From a virus, in the IMG/VR virus record IMGVR_UViG_3300045988_061617, positions 1 through 64,000 of that record: DNA of 64,000 nucleotides; one strand, 5' to 3'. The notes below the pieces were generated by a model that ran no database searches, was not told the DNA's origin, and saw nothing but the letters and a program-made list of their open reading frames with translations. The translations under genes were made by a program, and so were the position numbers. Position 1 is the first letter of the stretch. Every line of letters starts with the position of its first letter. Positions 62,303-64,000 of the stretch are shown here, one piece after another.

Positions 62303-62829
62303 TGAAAGATAACGTACCAGGTTTTATAGGTTACCACATTACTAAATATGGAGAACTGTATTCAAGACGAGTAGAGAAATCTCCTTATAAGTTTGGTAAA
62401 TGGCGTAAATTAAAACTTTCGAAAAAGCGTAGAGTTAAGGTAAAACTTTATAGGGGTCAGGTTGGTTATAATTTGAGTATAAGTAGGTTAGTAGCTTTAG
62501 TTTATGTGTATAATCCTAATCCCTATAAGTTTAATGAAGTAATGCACTTAGATAATAACCCATTAAATAATTACTATAAGAATCTTCAATGGGGTACACA
62601 TAGTATGAATATACAACAGATGATTTTTGAACAGAGGAGAAGATCTTTCAAAACTACTCAAAACCCAAACTGGGAGAATTTTAAAATTTCTGATAGAAAA
62701 CAGAGAAGATTAAGAAGGCTAATTGATTTAGGTAAAAGTAGGGTATATATTAGTAGAAGGTTAAGGGTGTCACGTAAAACGCTCTATAATTTTATTCATA
62801 GAATCCAAATCCGAAACTCTTTGGAGTGA
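62299..62829 (+). CDS. free-standing HNH homing endonuclease
   Basis: Reads MMKDNVPGFIGYHITKYGELYSR then ISRLVALVYVYNPNPYKFNEVMHLDNNPLNNYYKNLQWGTHSMN. ATGA overlap with the primase stop. Confidence 0.8.
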   Translation: MMKDNVPGFIGYHITKYGELYSRRVEKSPYKFGKWRKLKLSKKRRVKVKLYRGQVGYNLSISRLVALVYVYNPNPYKFNEVMHLDNNPLNNYYKNLQWGTHSMNIQQMIFEQRRRSFKTTQNPNWENFKISDRKQRRLRRLIDLGKSRVYISRRLRVSRKTLYNFIHRIQIRNSLE

Positions 62830-62870
62830 GGATTTCCTATTATATTATATAACTTAAAAGAAAAGAGGGT

Positions 62871-63074
62871 ATGAAACAATTTATCAAGGAATGGATTATA
62901 AATATGGCTATATGCTTAGTCATAGTAGGGTATATTGGTATTTTCTTTTTAGGGTGTTATCTTTTAGATGATAGTACACTAAAGGGGGCAGTATACATAA
63001 CTCTATGGGCAATATTTTATGCAGTAACTACAATAACGTATTATGTAAGATATTGTAATAGAAAGAAGAAATGA
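62871..63074 (+). CDS. small two-TM membrane protein
   Basis: 67-aa ORF with two hydrophobic segments and a basic tail (NRKKK). Confidence 0.5.
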   Translation: MKQFIKEWIINMAICLVIVGYIGIFFLGCYLLDDSTLKGAVYITLWAIFYAVTTITYYVRYCNRKKK

Positions 63075-63895
63075 GAGAACCCAGTATTCATATAACTAAG
63101 TCTCAATTTGAGGAAATACTAAATACCTTAGAGGTAGATAACTTCCCAGTTGAGGCTTTTTTTGTTATTGCTCGGAAAGAGGCAATAAATCATAGAGCAG
63201 TCTTAGTTTCTAATAATAATAAGAATACTAAGCGAGTTAATAACATATTACTAGCATCTAAGGGAGATGCTGCCCTTGTTGCTGATATTTTGTATGCAAT
63301 CCGTATAAAATTAAAACATAGAGGAGTTCGGAAAATAAACGAAAGTAATTCCCGAGAATGGGCAAATTGTAAAAAGCTTGCAGAGATATGTAATACCTTT
63401 TGTGAGGATTTCAAATTTGATACCCGGGAAGGTTTTATTAAATATATTGAGACTGGGTTAAAGAGGATGACCGACTATCGGAATGTTATGCAAAGGTTAA
63501 TATCTATGCAGGACAACATCACTAATCAAATAGATGCCGAGATAGAGTTACAAAATTCAGATTTAAAACTTACCAAAGAGATACATGATTACTTTATAGG
63601 TAAGATTGCTAAGGCAACTGGTATATATGAGTCTTATGAAAATCAACCCGAGAAGTATGTACACTTTGCAAAGGTAGGTGAATTCCTAAAAGAGGAGGGC
63701 TGGAATTATAAGACCTTCATCGATGCTCAGTTTGAATCTCTTGCATGGTGCAATGGGTTACCGGATATTGCACAAATGTATACGGATAAAGCAATTGAAA
63801 GATACAATAAGTATTTATATAAATATAAGAATAAACAACTACTTGAAGGTGAACCAGAAGTTGAAGGTTCCCTTTGGGATAAAATAAGAAAATGA
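63071..63895 (+). CDS. hypothetical protein (replication-module neighbourhood)
   Basis: 274-aa ORF with an ATGA overlap with the upstream gene. Confidence 0.6.
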   Translation: MREPSIHITKSQFEEILNTLEVDNFPVEAFFVIARKEAINHRAVLVSNNNKNTKRVNNILLASKGDAALVADILYAIRIKLKHRGVRKINESNSREWANCKKLAEICNTFCEDFKFDTREGFIKYIETGLKRMTDYRNVMQRLISMQDNITNQIDAEIELQNSDLKLTKEIHDYFIGKIAKATGIYESYENQPEKYVHFAKVGEFLKEEGWNYKTFIDAQFESLAWCNGLPDIAQMYTDKAIERYNKYLYKYKNKQLLEGEPEVEGSLWDKIRK

Positions 63896-63896
63896 T

Positions 63897-64000
63897 ATGA
63901 AAGGTTTACAATTTTTCGGAAACAGAGTAGAGGATGCAGCTAATGCTTTTATAGATGTCCTCAAGTATTCAGACCAATCCGTGGATTATCCAGATTTTAA
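63897..64000 (+). CDS. 5' end of a hypothetical gene running off the right edge
   Basis: ATG 63897 reads MKGLQFFGNRVEDAANAFIDVLKYSDQSVDYPDF and is open to the window end. Confidence 0.4.
   Translation, partial: MKGLQFFGNRVEDAANAFIDVLKYSDQSVDYPDF

Noticed and set aside
1954-63414. Many antisense or out-of-frame tracked ORFs nested inside larger genes (e.g. 1954..2139, 4015..4278, 4520..4861, 7318..7617, 12088..12369, 19151..19387, 19709..19996, 20507..20728, 25133..25459, 26529..26900, 27570..28558 set, 27601..28113, 31199..36545 set, 41085..41501, 43162..43398, 45760..46960 set, 61543..62069, 63190..63414)
   Set aside because: Each is fully embedded in a longer ORF that has recognisable motifs or a consistent operon context. 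The products are low-complexity or Leu/Ser/Ile/Phe-rich, as expected for shadow frames of AT-rich coding DNA.
1-64000. Stop-codon reassignment (as in some crAss-like or Lak phages)
   Set aside because: Long ORFs with recognisable domains are closed by TAA, by TGA (e.g. terL at 23966-23968) and by TAG (7506-7508). The only in-frame stop noticed is the single TAA at 11508, which is better explained locally.
1-64000. tRNA, rRNA, CRISPR array, integrase/attachment site
   Set aside because: By eye I found no T-loop/cloverleaf-like segment in the intergenic regions, no regularly spaced direct repeats with unique spacers, and no recombinase-like ORF. A tRNAscan or covariance-model run would be needed to exclude small RNAs formally.

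Overview
This window is one contiguous piece of an AT-rich, contractile-tailed dsDNA bacteriophage genome. I saw no rRNA, tRNA, CRISPR array, integrase or reverse transcriptase. The host is almost certainly a member of the Bacteroidota. About a dozen intergenic TAnnTTTG (-7) boxes, mostly TATATTTGCA, precede genes, seven of them with a fixed-distance TTTG or TATTGCATAT upstream element. No Shine-Dalgarno sequences are visible. Layout: (i) 1-14.5 kb is a plus-strand array of short early-type transcription units. Each has a promoter, a conserved AU-rich start-proximal element, 1-6 small ORFs of unknown function and a hairpin terminator. This part includes Lys-rich paralogs, a KTSC-domain protein, a decayed HNH-endonuclease relic and a gene cut by a premature in-frame TAA. 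(ii) 12.65-16.2 kb is ORF-poor. It has an abrupt strand-composition flip, palindromes, iteron-like repeats and a ~1.1 kb island of very low GC (8-16 G+C per 60 nt in sampled lines) carrying a lipoprotein gene. (iii) 16.2-21.8 kb is a mixed-strand accessory region. It holds BACON-like paralogs (one frameshifted at a C7 tract), a minus-strand membrane-protein operon, a DUF3380-type muramidase endolysin, an HExxH membrane protein, a C5-cytosine-methyltransferase-like gene and an HNH homing endonuclease. (iv) 21.8-58.3 kb is the morphogenesis module. It runs TerL, portal, protease/scaffold candidate, decoration candidate, major capsid, PKD-domain protein, a 1894-aa fibre with a C-terminal S74-type chaperone, a five-module BACON-like protein and a Cys-cluster protein. 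It continues with sheath, tube, a tail chaperone with a canonical -1 frameshift site, tape measure, a P2/Mu-like baseplate (LysM gpX-like, gpD-like, gpV, gpW/gp25, gpJ, gpI-like), a holin-like protein and a collar-type fibre. (v) 58.4-64 kb holds a lone minus-strand sigma-like regulator candidate, a DnaB-like helicase and a primase, each followed by a free-standing HNH endonuclease. All functional calls rest on motifs I recognise by eye plus gene order. No database or HMM search was run, so most small early ORFs remain hypothetical.
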